A DNA stretch of 64,000 nt from Alphaproteobacteria bacterium (GCA_965214705.1 OZ243972.1:384001-448000); one strand, 5' to 3'; shown: positions 1-10,701, counted from the first letter of the stretch. The notes: generated by a model not told the origin, from the letters alone. A program made the numbers and translations.

Positions 1-56
1 GGACCCATGGGGCAACCCCCTGTTCCCCGGCTGCAACCGCAACCGGGAGACCGCGA

Positions 57-1178
57 ATGACCAGACCCGCCCTCACCGACGCCCGCGTGAGCGCGCTCAA
101 GCCCCGCAACGCCGCACGCGACCTCCGCGACGGCAAGCTGAAGGGCTTCGGCGTCCGTGTCCTGCCCTCGGGACGCAAGCGCTTCTTCGTCCACTGCCAG
201 CACTGCGGCGAGCGGGTCTGGAAGATCATAGGCGACGCCGGCACCATGAGCGTGGAGAATGCGCGTTCGCGCGCACGCGAGACGCTCGCCGCCATCCGGC
301 GGGGCGGGGACGCCCCCCGCGATCCCGCCGAGACCCTCTTCGAGGCCGTCGCCGAGACCGTGTTCGAGCGTCACCGGCGCCTCTGGAAGACCGGAACCCT
401 CGAGGTCAACCGCTGCTACCTCAAGAACCAGATCCTGCCCCATTTCTCGGGACGGCAGATCGCCGACATCGACGGCAAGGACGTCCGGAGCTGGTTCGCC
501 GCGCTCCGCGCCACCCCGGTCGCCGCCGACCGCTCGATGCCGGTGCTCTCCGTCATCATGCGCGAGGCCGAGGCGATGGGGCTCAGGCCCGAAGGCTCCA
601 ACCCATGCCGGGGCATCCGCAGATATCGCCGCAAGGGGCGGGAACGCTTCCTGTCCGACGAGGAGATCCGCCGCCTGTCGGCGGTGCTCTCGGCCCGTGA
701 GGAGCGGTGCCCGGAGAAGGTCGCGGTCGTCCGCCTTCTTCTGCTGACCGGATGCCGCAAGAGCGAGGTCCTGACGCTCCGCTGGTCCGACTACCGCGAG
801 GGGCTTCTGTTCCTGCGCGATTCCAAGACCGGACCCAGAACCGTCTGGCTGTCCACACCTGCCCGCAAGGTGCTCAATGCGCTCCAGCGAAAGGGCCGCT
901 GGGTCTTCCCGGCGCAGCAGGCCGGAGGGCCGCGCAGCAAGAGTTGGCTGAACCGGTTCTGGTACGGGGTTCGCGCCGAGGCCGGTCTTCGCGACGTCCG
1001 GCTCCACGATCTCCGCCACACCAACGCGACCCTCGCCCTGAAGGAAAACGTCCCCGTCCTCGCCATCGGCCGGCTGCTCGGTCACCGCAACGCGGAAACA
1101 ACGCTCAAATATACCCATCTCGCCGACGCCATGGTTGACGATGCCGCCGAGACCGTCGGGGCCGTGCTGGAGCGCTAA
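57..1178 (+). CDS. Tyrosine recombinase/integrase with N-terminal arm-DNA-binding (DUF4102-like) domain, gene A of pair 1
   Basis: N-terminal LTD..V.ALKP...D..L.GFGVRV.PSG.K; catalytic GCRKSE, HDLRH, LGH and Tyr (TLKYTH). Confidence 0.92.
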   Translation: MTRPALTDARVSALKPRNAARDLRDGKLKGFGVRVLPSGRKRFFVHCQHCGERVWKIIGDAGTMSVENARSRARETLAAIRRGGDAPRDPAETLFEAVAETVFERHRRLWKTGTLEVNRCYLKNQILPHFSGRQIADIDGKDVRSWFAALRATPVAADRSMPVLSVIMREAEAMGLRPEGSNPCRGIRRYRRKGRERFLSDEEIRRLSAVLSAREERCPEKVAVVRLLLLTGCRKSEVLTLRWSDYREGLLFLRDSKTGPRTVWLSTPARKVLNALQRKGRWVFPAQQAGGPRSKSWLNRFWYGVRAEAGLRDVRLHDLRHTNATLALKENVPVLAIGRLLGHRNAETTLKYTHLADAMVDDAAETVGAVLER

Positions 1179-1181
1179 GCC

Positions 1182-2330
1182 ATGGCCGGCAAGCGCGTCA
1201 GGCTCAGCGACGCCGCCATCGCCCGCCTCCGGCCGCGCGAGCGGGAATATACCCTCTGGGACGACCGCGTCCCCGGCCTCGGCGTCCGGGTCCGGCCCAC
1301 CGGCGGGAAGACCTTCGTCCTCCTCGTCGATGACGGAGGCCGCTCCAGGCGGGTCTCCCTCGGGCCGGTCTCGACCATCGACGTCGCCGAGGCGCGCAGG
1401 CAGTGCCACGCGCGCAAGGCCGGTGGGGAGCCGGACGCGATTGCCCGCCCGGCGCGCACCGCCCCCCTGTTCCGCGACTTCGTCGAAGGCGAGTGGAAGG
1501 AGGCGCATTTCGGGGGGTACAAGCCATCGTCCCGCAGGACCGTGTCCAGTCTCCTCCGGGCTCGGCTCCTGCCCGCCTTCGGCGAGACGCCGCTCAACCG
1601 CATCGCCCCGGCCCGGGTCCGGCGATGGTTCGACGACTTCAGCCGCACCGCCCCCGGCAACGCCAACCATGCGCTCGGCCTGTTGCGCCGGATCATGAAC
1701 TACGCGATCGCCCGCGGCCATGTCGACGCCAACCCGGCACGCGGCATCAGGGACAACCCCAGGCCCAGGCTCACCCGCTTCCTGTCGCGCGAGGAGATCG
1801 CGCGGCTTCACGCCGTCCTCGACGAAGAGGCCGGGCGGGGCGAACGGTTCAGGCCGCAGGCCGACATCATCCGTCTTCTCCTGCTCACCGGGTGCCGCAG
1901 GGGAGAAATCGTCGGGCTCCGCTGGTCGGAGGTCCAGGGCGGCGCGCTGATGCTGGCCGACAGCAAGACGGGGCCGAAAAGGGTCCCGCTCAATACCCCG
2001 GCACGGCGCGTCCTCGAACGACAGCCGCGCGAGGGAAGCCCGTTCGTGTTCCCCTCGCCGCGCGACCCTTCGCGGCCGCGCGGCCATGGCATCGCGCTCT
2101 GGTACAGGGTCCGCCGGGAAGCCGGCATCGAAGATGTCCGCCTTCACGATCTTCGCCATACCGTCGCAAGCCATGCGGCGATCGCCGGCGTGCCCATCCC
2201 GGTCGTCGCCAGGCTGCTCGGGCACCGCCGCGTCGGCGCCACGCTGCGCTACGCCCATCTCGGAGACCGGGAGATCGAGCAGGCGGCCGAGAAGGTCGGG
2301 CAGTCCATCGGCGAGATGCTGAACATATAG
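1182..2330 (+). CDS. Second tandem tyrosine recombinase/integrase, gene B of pair 1
   Basis: WDDRVPGLGVRVRPTGGK arm domain; GCRRGE, HDLRH, LGH, TLRYAH; starts 3 nt after the gene A stop. Confidence 0.92.
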   Translation: MAGKRVRLSDAAIARLRPREREYTLWDDRVPGLGVRVRPTGGKTFVLLVDDGGRSRRVSLGPVSTIDVAEARRQCHARKAGGEPDAIARPARTAPLFRDFVEGEWKEAHFGGYKPSSRRTVSSLLRARLLPAFGETPLNRIAPARVRRWFDDFSRTAPGNANHALGLLRRIMNYAIARGHVDANPARGIRDNPRPRLTRFLSREEIARLHAVLDEEAGRGERFRPQADIIRLLLLTGCRRGEIVGLRWSEVQGGALMLADSKTGPKRVPLNTPARRVLERQPREGSPFVFPSPRDPSRPRGHGIALWYRVRREAGIEDVRLHDLRHTVASHAAIAGVPIPVVARLLGHRRVGATLRYAHLGDREIEQAAEKVGQSIGEMLNI

Positions 2331-2759
2331 CCGTCGGTGGCAAGCCCCGGGACGGCGGGCCGGAGAAGACGTAGGAGCCGAAGCGGACCGAACGCGATCC
2401 CGGGCTGTGGCGGAGGGCCGGGTTGGCGCGAGGCCCGACCGGCAACAGGCAGAGACGGGGACGGGCGCCACCACCGCATCCACAGGATGGGGGAGACGCC
2501 GTGCTCGGCGGGTTCTTCGCCCGCCTCCCGGCGCTCACCTTCGAGGTCGAGCTCGAACGTCGGCCCGATCCCGAGGCGCCCGCCCAGGCTGTAGCGCCCG
2601 TCGCCACGGCCACCGGGGTCGTCAGCGCAGGGTGGTTGACGTTGTGCACCGTCACCGCCCGCGCCTTGGTCGGCGGCGGCCTCGGTGACGGAGTAGAACG
2701 TCACCTTGAACCACTAGTGTCCCAACGTTAGCGGAATAAATTCAAAAGGCTTATCCCTC

Positions 2760-4263
2760 GAGCCACTTGCAAAACTCCCAGGCGCGGTCTTCTTTTCCCG
2801 AAAGCCCGTCGTGAGGACATTGACGGTCGGAACGTAACATGAACTTCGGGACGAGCGGACGTCGCTGGCTGCCGCCGGGGCGCCGATTCGCGGCAAACCG
2901 ATGCCCATGCGGGCGCATTCTGGACCCGCCGTCGCGATGCGGACATGGCTTTTTGCGCCTCCGCCGAGGGGAGGCGTGCCGGCGTGACAGGGACGGAGGC
3001 GCCCGCTCAGGCCAGGAGGCGCATCAACTGGTCGACCGTCAGCACCAGGATGCCGAACATCAGGTGGCAATGAACCTTGGCATGGCCGCGCACGCGGACA
3101 TGGCGGCCCCCGCAGTTGTCCTTCAGCCCACCGTTGATGCGCTCGATGTTCGAGCGCTCGTTGTAGCGCTCGTCCGCCGGGTGGCGGTGACCGACGCCTC
3201 TCTGCGCCCGGGCCTCGCGCGCCAGTTCCTCCTTGTACTCCTTGTCGCGAGGGTTGATGTCGATGATCGGGACGTGGCCCAGCAGGTAGCTGTGCCAGCC
3301 GATCTCGGGCGCGTCATAGGCTGAGTCCATGAGGTCGTACAGATTGGTGACGCGGTCGGCGGTCATACTCGCCAGCGGGATCGCGGCCTGGCTGTCGTGC
3401 AGCGAGGCGGACGTCAGGATGCAACTGATCGGAATGCCGCCATCGGCGGCGTCGATGTGCAGCTTGTAACCGATCCACGATGTGGTATGGCCCTTGGCGT
3501 TCCGCTTGGTGCCGACGTCGCAGGCTTTCGGCAGGTCGTCGAGCATCTGGGGCAAGCTCATCGTGAGTTGGCGTTTCACGCGGCGCTCCTCCCTGGGCCG
3601 CTCCTCGCCCTTGCGCGGGCGGCCGCGCTTGCGCTTCGGCTTCTCCGCCCTGGGCTTGGGCTGAGGCTTCTCGCGCGCCTCGATCGCCGTCGAGTCGCGC
3701 GAGACGTGCCCGACCAGATGGTCTCCGAGGGTCTGCTTGATCAGCGCCTCATGCACGCGAGCGGGCAACGCACTCTCGGAGAACTCCGCAAACGCCCGCG
3801 AAAACGTCGCCTCGCTCGGGATCTCTGCGGCATAGGTCCAGCCGCAGAGACGGCGTAGCGTCTTGTCGTTCTCAAGGCGCTCGATCAGGGCGCGCGTCGT
3901 GGGTACGTCGAACACCGCCTTGGCGATGAAGGCGCGGGCCAAGGCCGCCCGATCCTCGACCGGCCGACCGGGCAGGCCATGGAAATGGGGAAGGAAGCTC
4001 TCGACCCGCGCAAGCTCAAGCACGGTGACGAAGCGCCGGTACCTCTCGCCGAGCGGCCCGAGCTCCTCCTCAAGCCACGGGAAAAGATCCGCTTGAATGT
4101 GATGCCAGAATCCGGATAGTGTCTGTCCCAGCGACATGGGGCCGCCCTCTCCGTCGACGTTGTCCGAAACCCGACAGGAACAGAGAGCGGTCCCGATTTC
4201 CAGGACAATCTGACCGCCACGGCGGCAAAATCCCGCTCAAATGCGGAATTTTGCAAGTGGCTC
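2760..4263 (-). mobile_element. IS5/IS1182-like insertion sequence
   Basis: TIR GAGCCACTTGCAAAA / TTTTGCAAGTGGCTC; 4-bp TSD CCTC at 2756-2759 and 4264-4267. Confidence 0.88.
3007..4137 (-). CDS. DDE transposase (IS5/IS1182-like)
   Basis: PSEATFSR, RDSTAIEA, GYKLH, MDSAYD and YNERSNIERIN motifs. Confidence 0.9.
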   Translation of the reverse strand: MSLGQTLSGFWHHIQADLFPWLEEELGPLGERYRRFVTVLELARVESFLPHFHGLPGRPVEDRAALARAFIAKAVFDVPTTRALIERLENDKTLRRLCGWTYAAEIPSEATFSRAFAEFSESALPARVHEALIKQTLGDHLVGHVSRDSTAIEAREKPQPKPRAEKPKRKRGRPRKGEERPREERRVKRQLTMSLPQMLDDLPKACDVGTKRNAKGHTTSWIGYKLHIDAADGGIPISCILTSASLHDSQAAIPLASMTADRVTNLYDLMDSAYDAPEIGWHSYLLGHVPIIDINPRDKEYKEELAREARAQRGVGHRHPADERYNERSNIERINGGLKDNCGGRHVRVRGHAKVHCHLMFGILVLTVDQLMRLLA

Positions 4264-5487
4264 CCTCTGGCTCCGGTTCCCCAACATGTTGTACCGGCCG
4301 CCTCGGCGGCGGTATCCGACACGGTCGCAGTTCCTTCCGTGTCTCAACGGATTGCCCGTTAAGTGCCCAGCGATCCGGCACCCCACATATGGAGAAGCCG
4401 GATGTAAGGGGATAAGCCTTAAATTCAATTGGTTAGGGTGGTCTAGTTGGCCGATTTGCAGGTCCTCTGGGTCAAACAGTTGATAGAGAGGCGTTTTCTC
4501 GAACACCGTAAGGCTCAGGATCTGTAGAATTGTGTAGAGGCTCTGCTCCAGCTTCAGCCGCTTGCGGATGATGGCGACCAGGACATGGACCGACACCGCG
4601 ATCCAGATCTGGGTCTTCACAGCGTTCTCCGAGGTGCCGAAGAAGGACTTGATCCGGAGGTGCTGCTTGATCCATTTGAAGAACAACTCGATGTGCCAGC
4701 GGGCACGGTAGAGTTCGGCGATCGTCAGAGCCGGCAGAACGAAGTTGTTGGTGAGGAAGACGAGGGTTTTGTCGCGCTCGGCATCTCGGTACCGGATCCG
4801 CCGTAGCTTGTCGGGATAATCGGTCGCGCTGTTGACGCCGCTTGGCCGTACGACCTGATCGCAGATGAGACCGCGGGTGCGATCGACAGGGCGGGAGTAG
4901 AGGCGGCGGAGCTTGGTGTTGGATTTCGCGCGCAGGACAAGGAAGCTGCCACTGTGATGCAGGTGATGGAGACGGCTGAAGTCGAGGTAGGCCCGGTCCA
5001 TGATGTAGAAGGCTCCGGCCTCCGGCAGCAGCATGTCCATCACATTGACGTCGTGGAGTTTTCCGTCGGAGATGTGGATGAAGGCGGGGATGTGGCCGTG
5101 CAGGTCGAGCAGGGTGTGGAGCTTGACGGCGCCCTTTGTCTTGCGGAACGGAGCCCACGGGAACAGCGACAGGCAGAGGTCGATTGTCGAGGAGTCGAGG
5201 GCATAGACGGTGTTATCAAGATCAAGGCCGAGCGTATTGTCGTCGGCGTAGAGGTTTTGAACGAAGCCGCTACGCGGAGTTAGCGGCGTAGAGTTCATTC
5301 ATTTCCGAGGCGTCGCGGGTGCCGTTTGCCCTGTGCGTTCGCTTCCCGGTTGCGTCAGTGGCGCTCCGCCCGTCGAGTGGCGGATCCCCAGCAGCCTCCC
5401 GATCACCAGTGGTTAGCATCGACCCCTGCGACGGACCGTCGCCGGATCGGTCCGGCGGCGCGCCGTCGCGATCCAGGGAGATCGATC

Positions 5488-6366
5488 ATGACCGGGACCG
5501 CGTGCGACACGAACACCGTCACCCCTCTTCGCCAGCGCATGGAGGAGCAGCTCCGCATCGCCAATCTGGCCGCGAGCACGTCCAAGGCCTACATCTGCGA
5601 GATCAAGAACCTGGCCAGGTACTACGACGCCTCGCCGGACGAGCTCGACGCCGAGCAGGTGCGCCAGTGGTACCTGGGGCGGATCGACAAGGGGCTCAGT
5701 CCGGGCACGACCAACGTCTCCTTCGCCGCGCTGAACTTCCTCTACATCGACACACTCGGCTGGCCTGACCACGTCGCCGGCCTGCGCTCCCGCAAGAAGC
5801 CCGGCAAGCTGCCGCGCTACATGTCGGAGCAGGAGGTCGAGCACCTCATCCTTGCGACGCCCGACCTCCGCCACCGTGCTGCCATTGTCACCGGCTATGG
5901 CGGCGGGCTCCGCATCTCCGAGACCTTGGCCATCAAGGTCGGCGACATCCTGTCGGAGAAGAAGCTGCTACACATCCCCTCCGGCAAAGGCGGCACCGAG
6001 AGAATGGCACCGTTGCCGGACAGCGTCATCCACTACTTGCGCGCCTACTACAGGAACATCTGGCCGCGTCCGACGAGCTGGCTCTTCTACGGCGTCTCGC
6101 TCGACAGGCCCATCGCAACGGAGACCTTGCAGGCCGCCTTCAGGAGGGCGCGCGACATTGCCGCGCTCGACCGCAGCTACACCTTCCATTGCCTGCGCCA
6201 TTCGGCGGCGACCCATCTCCTCGAGCGCGGCGGCGATATCGAGGTGATCCGGGACATGCTCGGCCATCGAAGCGCGAACACGACCCGTCACTACGCCCGC
6301 GTCACCGGCAAGATGTTCGAGGGCCTCGACCACCCGATCTCAGGCTTCGCAGCGTTGCGCAACTGA
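5488..6366 (+). CDS. IS91-associated tyrosine recombinase (integron-integrase/XerD-like)
   Basis: SAM-like N-terminus, GLRISE, GKGG, HCLRHS, LGH, TRHY. Confidence 0.9.
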   Translation: MTGTACDTNTVTPLRQRMEEQLRIANLAASTSKAYICEIKNLARYYDASPDELDAEQVRQWYLGRIDKGLSPGTTNVSFAALNFLYIDTLGWPDHVAGLRSRKKPGKLPRYMSEQEVEHLILATPDLRHRAAIVTGYGGGLRISETLAIKVGDILSEKKLLHIPSGKGGTERMAPLPDSVIHYLRAYYRNIWPRPTSWLFYGVSLDRPIATETLQAAFRRARDIAALDRSYTFHCLRHSAATHLLERGGDIEVIRDMLGHRSANTTRHYARVTGKMFEGLDHPISGFAALRN

Positions 6367-6372
6367 CGGCGC

Positions 6373-7614
6373 GTGGAGGCCGAACGCGCGGGCGTGGCGG
6401 AGATCTTCCGCCGCGCCGGCGCCGCTTTCCGTGAGCGCCACAAAGGGCGCATCGACGCCGCCCGGCTCAAGGTCATGGGCGCCATCGAGGCGTGCCGCAC
6501 CGCCGTGCTCGGCGGCCACATGTACGCCTGCGAGGGCTGCGGGCGCGAGCATCCGCTCTTCAACTCCTGCCGCAACCGCCACTGCCCGACCTGCCAGGGT
6601 CTCGCCGCCAACCTCTGGAGCGAGGCCCGCGCCGGGGACATCCTGCCGGTGCCCTACTTCCATGTGGTCTTCACCCTGCCCAAGGAGGTCGCCGCCATTG
6701 CCTTCTGCAACCGAAGGGTGGTGTTCGACATCCTCTTCCGGGCCGTCGCCGAGACCCTGCGCACCATCGCCGCCGATCCCCACCACGGTGGCATGCGCAT
6801 CGGCGGCACCGCGGTCCTCCATACCTGGGATCAGAAGCTCCGCTTCCACCCGCACCTGCACGTGGTCGTGCCCAACGCGGGCTTCGACGTAGACAGCGGC
6901 GAGTGGAAGACGGGGAGCACCACCTTCCTCGCCCCCGTCAAGGTCCTCGGCAGCCTGTTCCGCCGCCTCTTCCTCAAGGAGCTCGCCCGCGCCCACGGCC
7001 GGGGGGACCTGGAGTTCCACGGCACCGTCGCCCACCTCGCCAATCCCGGCGAGTTCCACGCCACGCTTGCCGCCGCCCGGGCCAGGGACTGGGTGGTCTA
7101 CGCCAAGCGGCCCTTCCGCGGGCCTGAGCAGGTCTTCCGGTACCTCTCGCACTACACGCACAGAATCGCCATCTCCGACAGCCGCATCGTCTCCTTCGAC
7201 GGCGAGACGGTCTCCTTCCGCCACCGAAAGCCCAAGGCGCCGGGGCAGAGAAAGCCGCGCTACGGCATCGCCACCGTGAGCGCAGACGAGTTCATCCGCC
7301 GCTTCCTGATGCACGTCCTGCCGGACGGCATGCACCGCATCCGCTACTTCGGCATTCTCGCCAACGGCTGTCGCGCCAGCACGCTGGAGAGAGCACGCCA
7401 GACTCTCGGCGCCCTCGGCTGCGCCGTCCCCGAGGAAAGCGTGGGCGGCGCTCGGGCCGAGCCCGACGAAGAGACCGTGATCGACACCGCGCCCGTGGCC
7501 TGCCCCCACTGCGGCGGCGTCATGCGCCTCGTCCGCGAAATCCGCCGCCGCCATGAGCCCCGCTCGACGCGCGGTCCGCCGGCCGTGCCGCCGACCCACA
7601 GGGGGAAACCGTGA
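6373..7614 (+). CDS. IS91-family Y2 HUH transposase
   Basis: Zn-binding NSCRNRHCPTCQ, YFHVVFTLP, HPHLH (HUH), YLSHYTHR (Y2), FLMHVLP..HRIRYFG. Confidence 0.93.
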   Translation: MEAERAGVAEIFRRAGAAFRERHKGRIDAARLKVMGAIEACRTAVLGGHMYACEGCGREHPLFNSCRNRHCPTCQGLAANLWSEARAGDILPVPYFHVVFTLPKEVAAIAFCNRRVVFDILFRAVAETLRTIAADPHHGGMRIGGTAVLHTWDQKLRFHPHLHVVVPNAGFDVDSGEWKTGSTTFLAPVKVLGSLFRRLFLKELARAHGRGDLEFHGTVAHLANPGEFHATLAAARARDWVVYAKRPFRGPEQVFRYLSHYTHRIAISDSRIVSFDGETVSFRHRKPKAPGQRKPRYGIATVSADEFIRRFLMHVLPDGMHRIRYFGILANGCRASTLERARQTLGALGCAVPEESVGGARAEPDEETVIDTAPVACPHCGGVMRLVREIRRRHEPRSTRGPPAVPPTHRGKP

Positions 7615-7876
7615 GACGCCCGCTCGCTTCGGCCCCGCGCAACGGCGCCAAAGCGCCGACGCACGACCGAACCTGTCTCCGCTTGGGCCGGGCTGACAGC
7701 CCTCGGCTCACACCCCGCTCAGTCCTCGCAGCGTGCGCCCGCATGCCTGCCGAAAGGCCGGCGCGAGCGTCGATCTCATGCGCAACTCTGCTGCCGGTGG
7801 ATGCCGCCTGACGCTGACATCAGCGCACTTTCCACATAGCTCAACTTCGCCTCTCGTGGCCCGCGCCTCCGTTCAA

Positions 7877-7918
7877 AAGGGTTGGGCAGGCTCTCGAGAG
7901 AGAGCCTGCCCAACCCTT
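7877..7918. repeat. Perfect 19-bp hairpin at the IS91-like end (oriIS candidate)
   Basis: AAGGGTTGGGCAGGCTCTC-gaga-GAGAGCCTGCCCAACCCTT. Confidence 0.8.
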
Positions 7919-8494
7919 AACCTTGGGCGATGTGGATGAGATGTTGAGCGAAGTCGGCGTAGATCTGCCATTCGCGAACGGCGTTGGCATTGGCGAGGGT
8001 GTTGCGCGAGACCCTGCCGCGGATCCCCATGTGATAGAGCTTTGTGGGTTGAACGTTGTGGGTTGAACGCGCAGGCAGGTCTCGATGTCGCGCAAGCTGG
8101 CCCGATAAGTGAGCTGAGCGAAGGCCATGCATCGGTACTGATCCGCGCAGGTGAACGACTTGATCTTGCGGTTTCCGTTGTAACGGGCCACGCAGCGACG
8201 GAAACTGTGCCAGGGTAGGTGATCCATGATTTGCGCGAAGACCAGCTTACCAGAATACATCGGCCATCCTCTCCTGATACATGTTGGACAGGAAAAGCGT
8301 GCCGAACCGGCGCTACGATCTCAAGTCGGTGACTCCCTTGAACAGGATTTCTCGGACGAATATCAATCTGTTAACCGCATCAGCTTCGAAAACGTTGGGT
8401 AACTGCCCAGGTCTGCTTCCGCCGAGCACTCACGCGTGATGGACTGATGCCTCTGGCCTGGTGCCGCTGACGTGGAGCGGAGCGGCGGGGGATT

Positions 8495-10036
8495 TCAGAA
8501 GCGCAGTACCGGGATTAGCTGCATGGGATCGGGGTGCGCCAGGGTTTCGAGGACATTCCAGCGCTGTTTTCGAGCGGTGGCGATGACGGACCGCAGGTTT
8601 GCGAAGTCGCAGGCACCTTGCATCGAGCGGAAGCCGCCTGAGATTTTCTGACGCAGCTTGCCCATTCGCAGATCGCGCTCCGCCTCATTGTTCGAGAACG
8701 GGGTTCGCGGGTCGGTGAGGAAGCGCAGGCAGCCCTCCTTGTACTTCTGGAGCCGGAGCGCGAGGTTGTGACCGATGTGGCGCTTTTGTCGTCCGCGCTT
8801 TCCGGTCTGGAGCGGCGGCATCTCTTCGTGAGCGGCGATGGCACGTTCGAGGATGCGGTCCCAGGCTCGCGAGATGCGGGCGACCAGTGATGCGGGCACG
8901 TCGCGATCATTCTTGCGGGCGAAGCGGGCGGCTCTGTTGGCACGGGAGAGCAGCTGGTGCGTGCTCGTTGCCCAGTCTTCCTTCTCGATCTCGATCAGGG
9001 CCTGGAGCTCACGCAGGTGATGGGCGTTGCAGGCCCCGTGGCGCACGCCCTTGAGAGCGAAGTAGGTGGCATAGTCGTCATGGATGACGATGCCGTTGAG
9101 CTTCTCGTCGAAATGGCCGCGCCCGCTGGCGACGCGCAGGATGGTCAGCAACGGGGTGCACAGCACGTGGAGCCAATGGGTCCGGGCGGCGATGCGGATG
9201 CCGGTCTCGTCGAGGTGTTTGACCGGGGCTTCGGTGCGGATGATCTCTGCGACACGATCGAGGAAGCCCTCGAAGCGCCGGGCGGTGCGCCTGCCCATGG
9301 CGGCGATGGTGGCCGTTGAGATCTTGACCGCGAAGAGATCGCTCATGACCTCGGCGACGCGCTTCTCCGGAATGAACTGAGCGTGCAGCAGGTAGGTCAC
9401 CCACGCGGTGATGCGCGGCCCGTACTGGACCGGGGCGCTCACGCCGTTCGGGAAGGCGGCTGTTGTCATGGTACCGCAGGCGGCGCAGAGGCAGCGATGG
9501 CCGCGATGCTCGGTGGCCTCGAGGGGCTGCGGCTCGGGCACATCGAAGACCTGCCGGCAGACGGCGGCTCCGTGACGGTCGGCGTCCGACAGCGGCGCGC
9601 CGCAGCCCTCGCAGGCGGACGGATCATGATCCACGACGTGGTCCGGGTTCTCGGTCCGCTCCAGGGTGGTTCCCTTGTGGCCCGGCTGACCGCCGCTGGG
9701 CCTGTCGGATTTGCCGCGCCGGCTCCGGGTGCGCTTCTCCTGGTCTCCGCTCTTCTTCTTCAGGCCGTCGCTGGCCGGTGGCTTGGAGCTGGTGGTGCTG
9801 TCGAGCGCGGCGCTGCGCTCAAGTTCGGCGATCCGCTCGCGCAAGCGGGCGTTCTCCCGCTCCAGCGCGTCGTTCTCCTTGACCAGCGCCGCGCTCAGGC
9901 GAAGCAGCCCCTGGCCCCATTCCCGGATGGCTTTGACGGCGGTCATCGCGAAGGATTGTGGGGTGAAAAGGTCCTGCAGGCACGCGAAAGCCTCGTCGTG
10001 AGCGGCGAGGTCCGTGTGCCAGCGCGACACTGTCAC
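8495..10036 (-). CDS. IS66-family transposase
   Basis: Coiled coil, SSKPPASDG, GGQPGHKG, zinc finger, HLDETG, CNAHHLREL, NNEAERDLR. Confidence 0.92.
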   Translation of the reverse strand: MTVSRWHTDLAAHDEAFACLQDLFTPQSFAMTAVKAIREWGQGLLRLSAALVKENDALERENARLRERIAELERSAALDSTTSSKPPASDGLKKKSGDQEKRTRSRRGKSDRPSGGQPGHKGTTLERTENPDHVVDHDPSACEGCGAPLSDADRHGAAVCRQVFDVPEPQPLEATEHRGHRCLCAACGTMTTAAFPNGVSAPVQYGPRITAWVTYLLHAQFIPEKRVAEVMSDLFAVKISTATIAAMGRRTARRFEGFLDRVAEIIRTEAPVKHLDETGIRIAARTHWLHVLCTPLLTILRVASGRGHFDEKLNGIVIHDDYATYFALKGVRHGACNAHHLRELQALIEIEKEDWATSTHQLLSRANRAARFARKNDRDVPASLVARISRAWDRILERAIAAHEEMPPLQTGKRGRQKRHIGHNLALRLQKYKEGCLRFLTDPRTPFSNNEAERDLRMGKLRQKISGGFRSMQGACDFANLRSVIATARKQRWNVLETLAHPDPMQLIPVLRF

Positions 10037-10701
10037 AAACCCTCGTCAGCCTCGACGGCCATGATCGCGGCCAGCACCGCCAGGCGTTCGCCCGCCGGCA
10101 TGGCCTCGTAGCGCCGGCCCCAGTTGGCCGCCTTGCGCTTGATGCGCTGGCGGTCGGTGAAGTTGCGGCCCGCGCAGCTCGCCCAGTGCACCCGGTCGGG
10201 CGCGAAGTTGAACCACACCACCTCGGTCCGCACCCGGGCCTGGGTCGTCACCTGCAGCGCCAGCCGGCGCCAGCCCGCCAGCAACTCGTCATAGAGCGCA
10301 GACGGGTGGCCCGAGACCATCACCTGGCAGGGCAGACCCTTGAGCAGTTCGAGGAGCGCGACGTGGTCGGCCTCCTCGTACTCGAAGCGGTAGCGCTGCG
10401 ACGAACGCCGGGTCGCGTGCAGATAGGGCGGATCGCTGTAGACCAGCTCCGGGCCCAGGAACGGGAACGAGGCCAGAAAGGAGTGGGCGCAGCCGTGCAC
10501 CAACTCCACCGGGTAGCCACAGTCGAAGGACTCAAGCGCCCGCTCGTCGCGGTCAATCCCGATCGAGCGCACGGCCGCAGGCTTGCGCTTCATCAGCGCC
10601 CCGCCCCCCAAGTGGCTCTCAATATAGACAGGGTGCGGGGGCATCAGCGCAATCAGCGCCTGGCTCAGACCACTCGTCGCCTTCGATCCGAAATACCCCA
10701 C
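10033..10701 (-). CDS. Small DNA adenine methyltransferase (Dam/D12-like)
   Basis: YFGSK, YIESHLGGGA (SAM-binding motif variant), YSDPPY (catalytic motif), VMVSG, TEVVWFNF; overlaps the transposase start by 4 nt. Confidence 0.85.
   Translation of the reverse strand: MGYFGSKATSGLSQALIALMPPHPVYIESHLGGGALMKRKPAAVRSIGIDRDERALESFDCGYPVELVHGCAHSFLASFPFLGPELVYSDPPYLHATRRSSQRYRFEYEEADHVALLELLKGLPCQVMVSGHPSALYDELLAGWRRLALQVTTQARVRTEVVWFNFAPDRVHWASCAGRNFTDRQRIKRKAANWGRRYEAMPAGERLAVLAAIMAVEADEGL

Larger units (their letters stand above)
2746..4420. mobile_element. 167-bp IS1595-derived MITE, copy 1 (interrupted by an IS at 2760-4263)
   Basis: TIR AAGGCTTATCCC...GGGATAAGCCTT; 8-bp TSD AAATTCAA at 2738-2745 and 4421-4428; removing the inner IS gives 167 bp matching 49292-49458 in reverse. 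Confidence 0.9.
5257..7922 (+). mobile_element. IS91-like rolling-circle element with tyrosine recombinase plus Y2 transposase
   Basis: Interrupts the IS4 transposase between HIAQ and NLYA with no clear TSD; TTTTGAACG / CGTTCAAAA inverted motif; terminal hairpin next to CTTG. Ends uncertain by a few bp. Confidence 0.82.
4421..8260 (-). pseudogene. IS4-family transposase, split by the IS91-like element, frameshifted and clipped at its last codons by the MITE
   Basis: N-terminus MYSGKLVFAQIMDHLP...SLRDIETCL; short tandem duplication near 8043-8070 shifts the frame; C-terminal part DSSTIDL...MDRAY...RWHIELFFKWIKQ; native end NQLNLFR* reconstructs across the MITE TSD. Confidence 0.88.

Noticed and set aside
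2335-2713. Possible small gene interrupted by the IS4 (continuing at 10871-10950)
   Set aside because: No continuous frame or recognisable product could be rebuilt.
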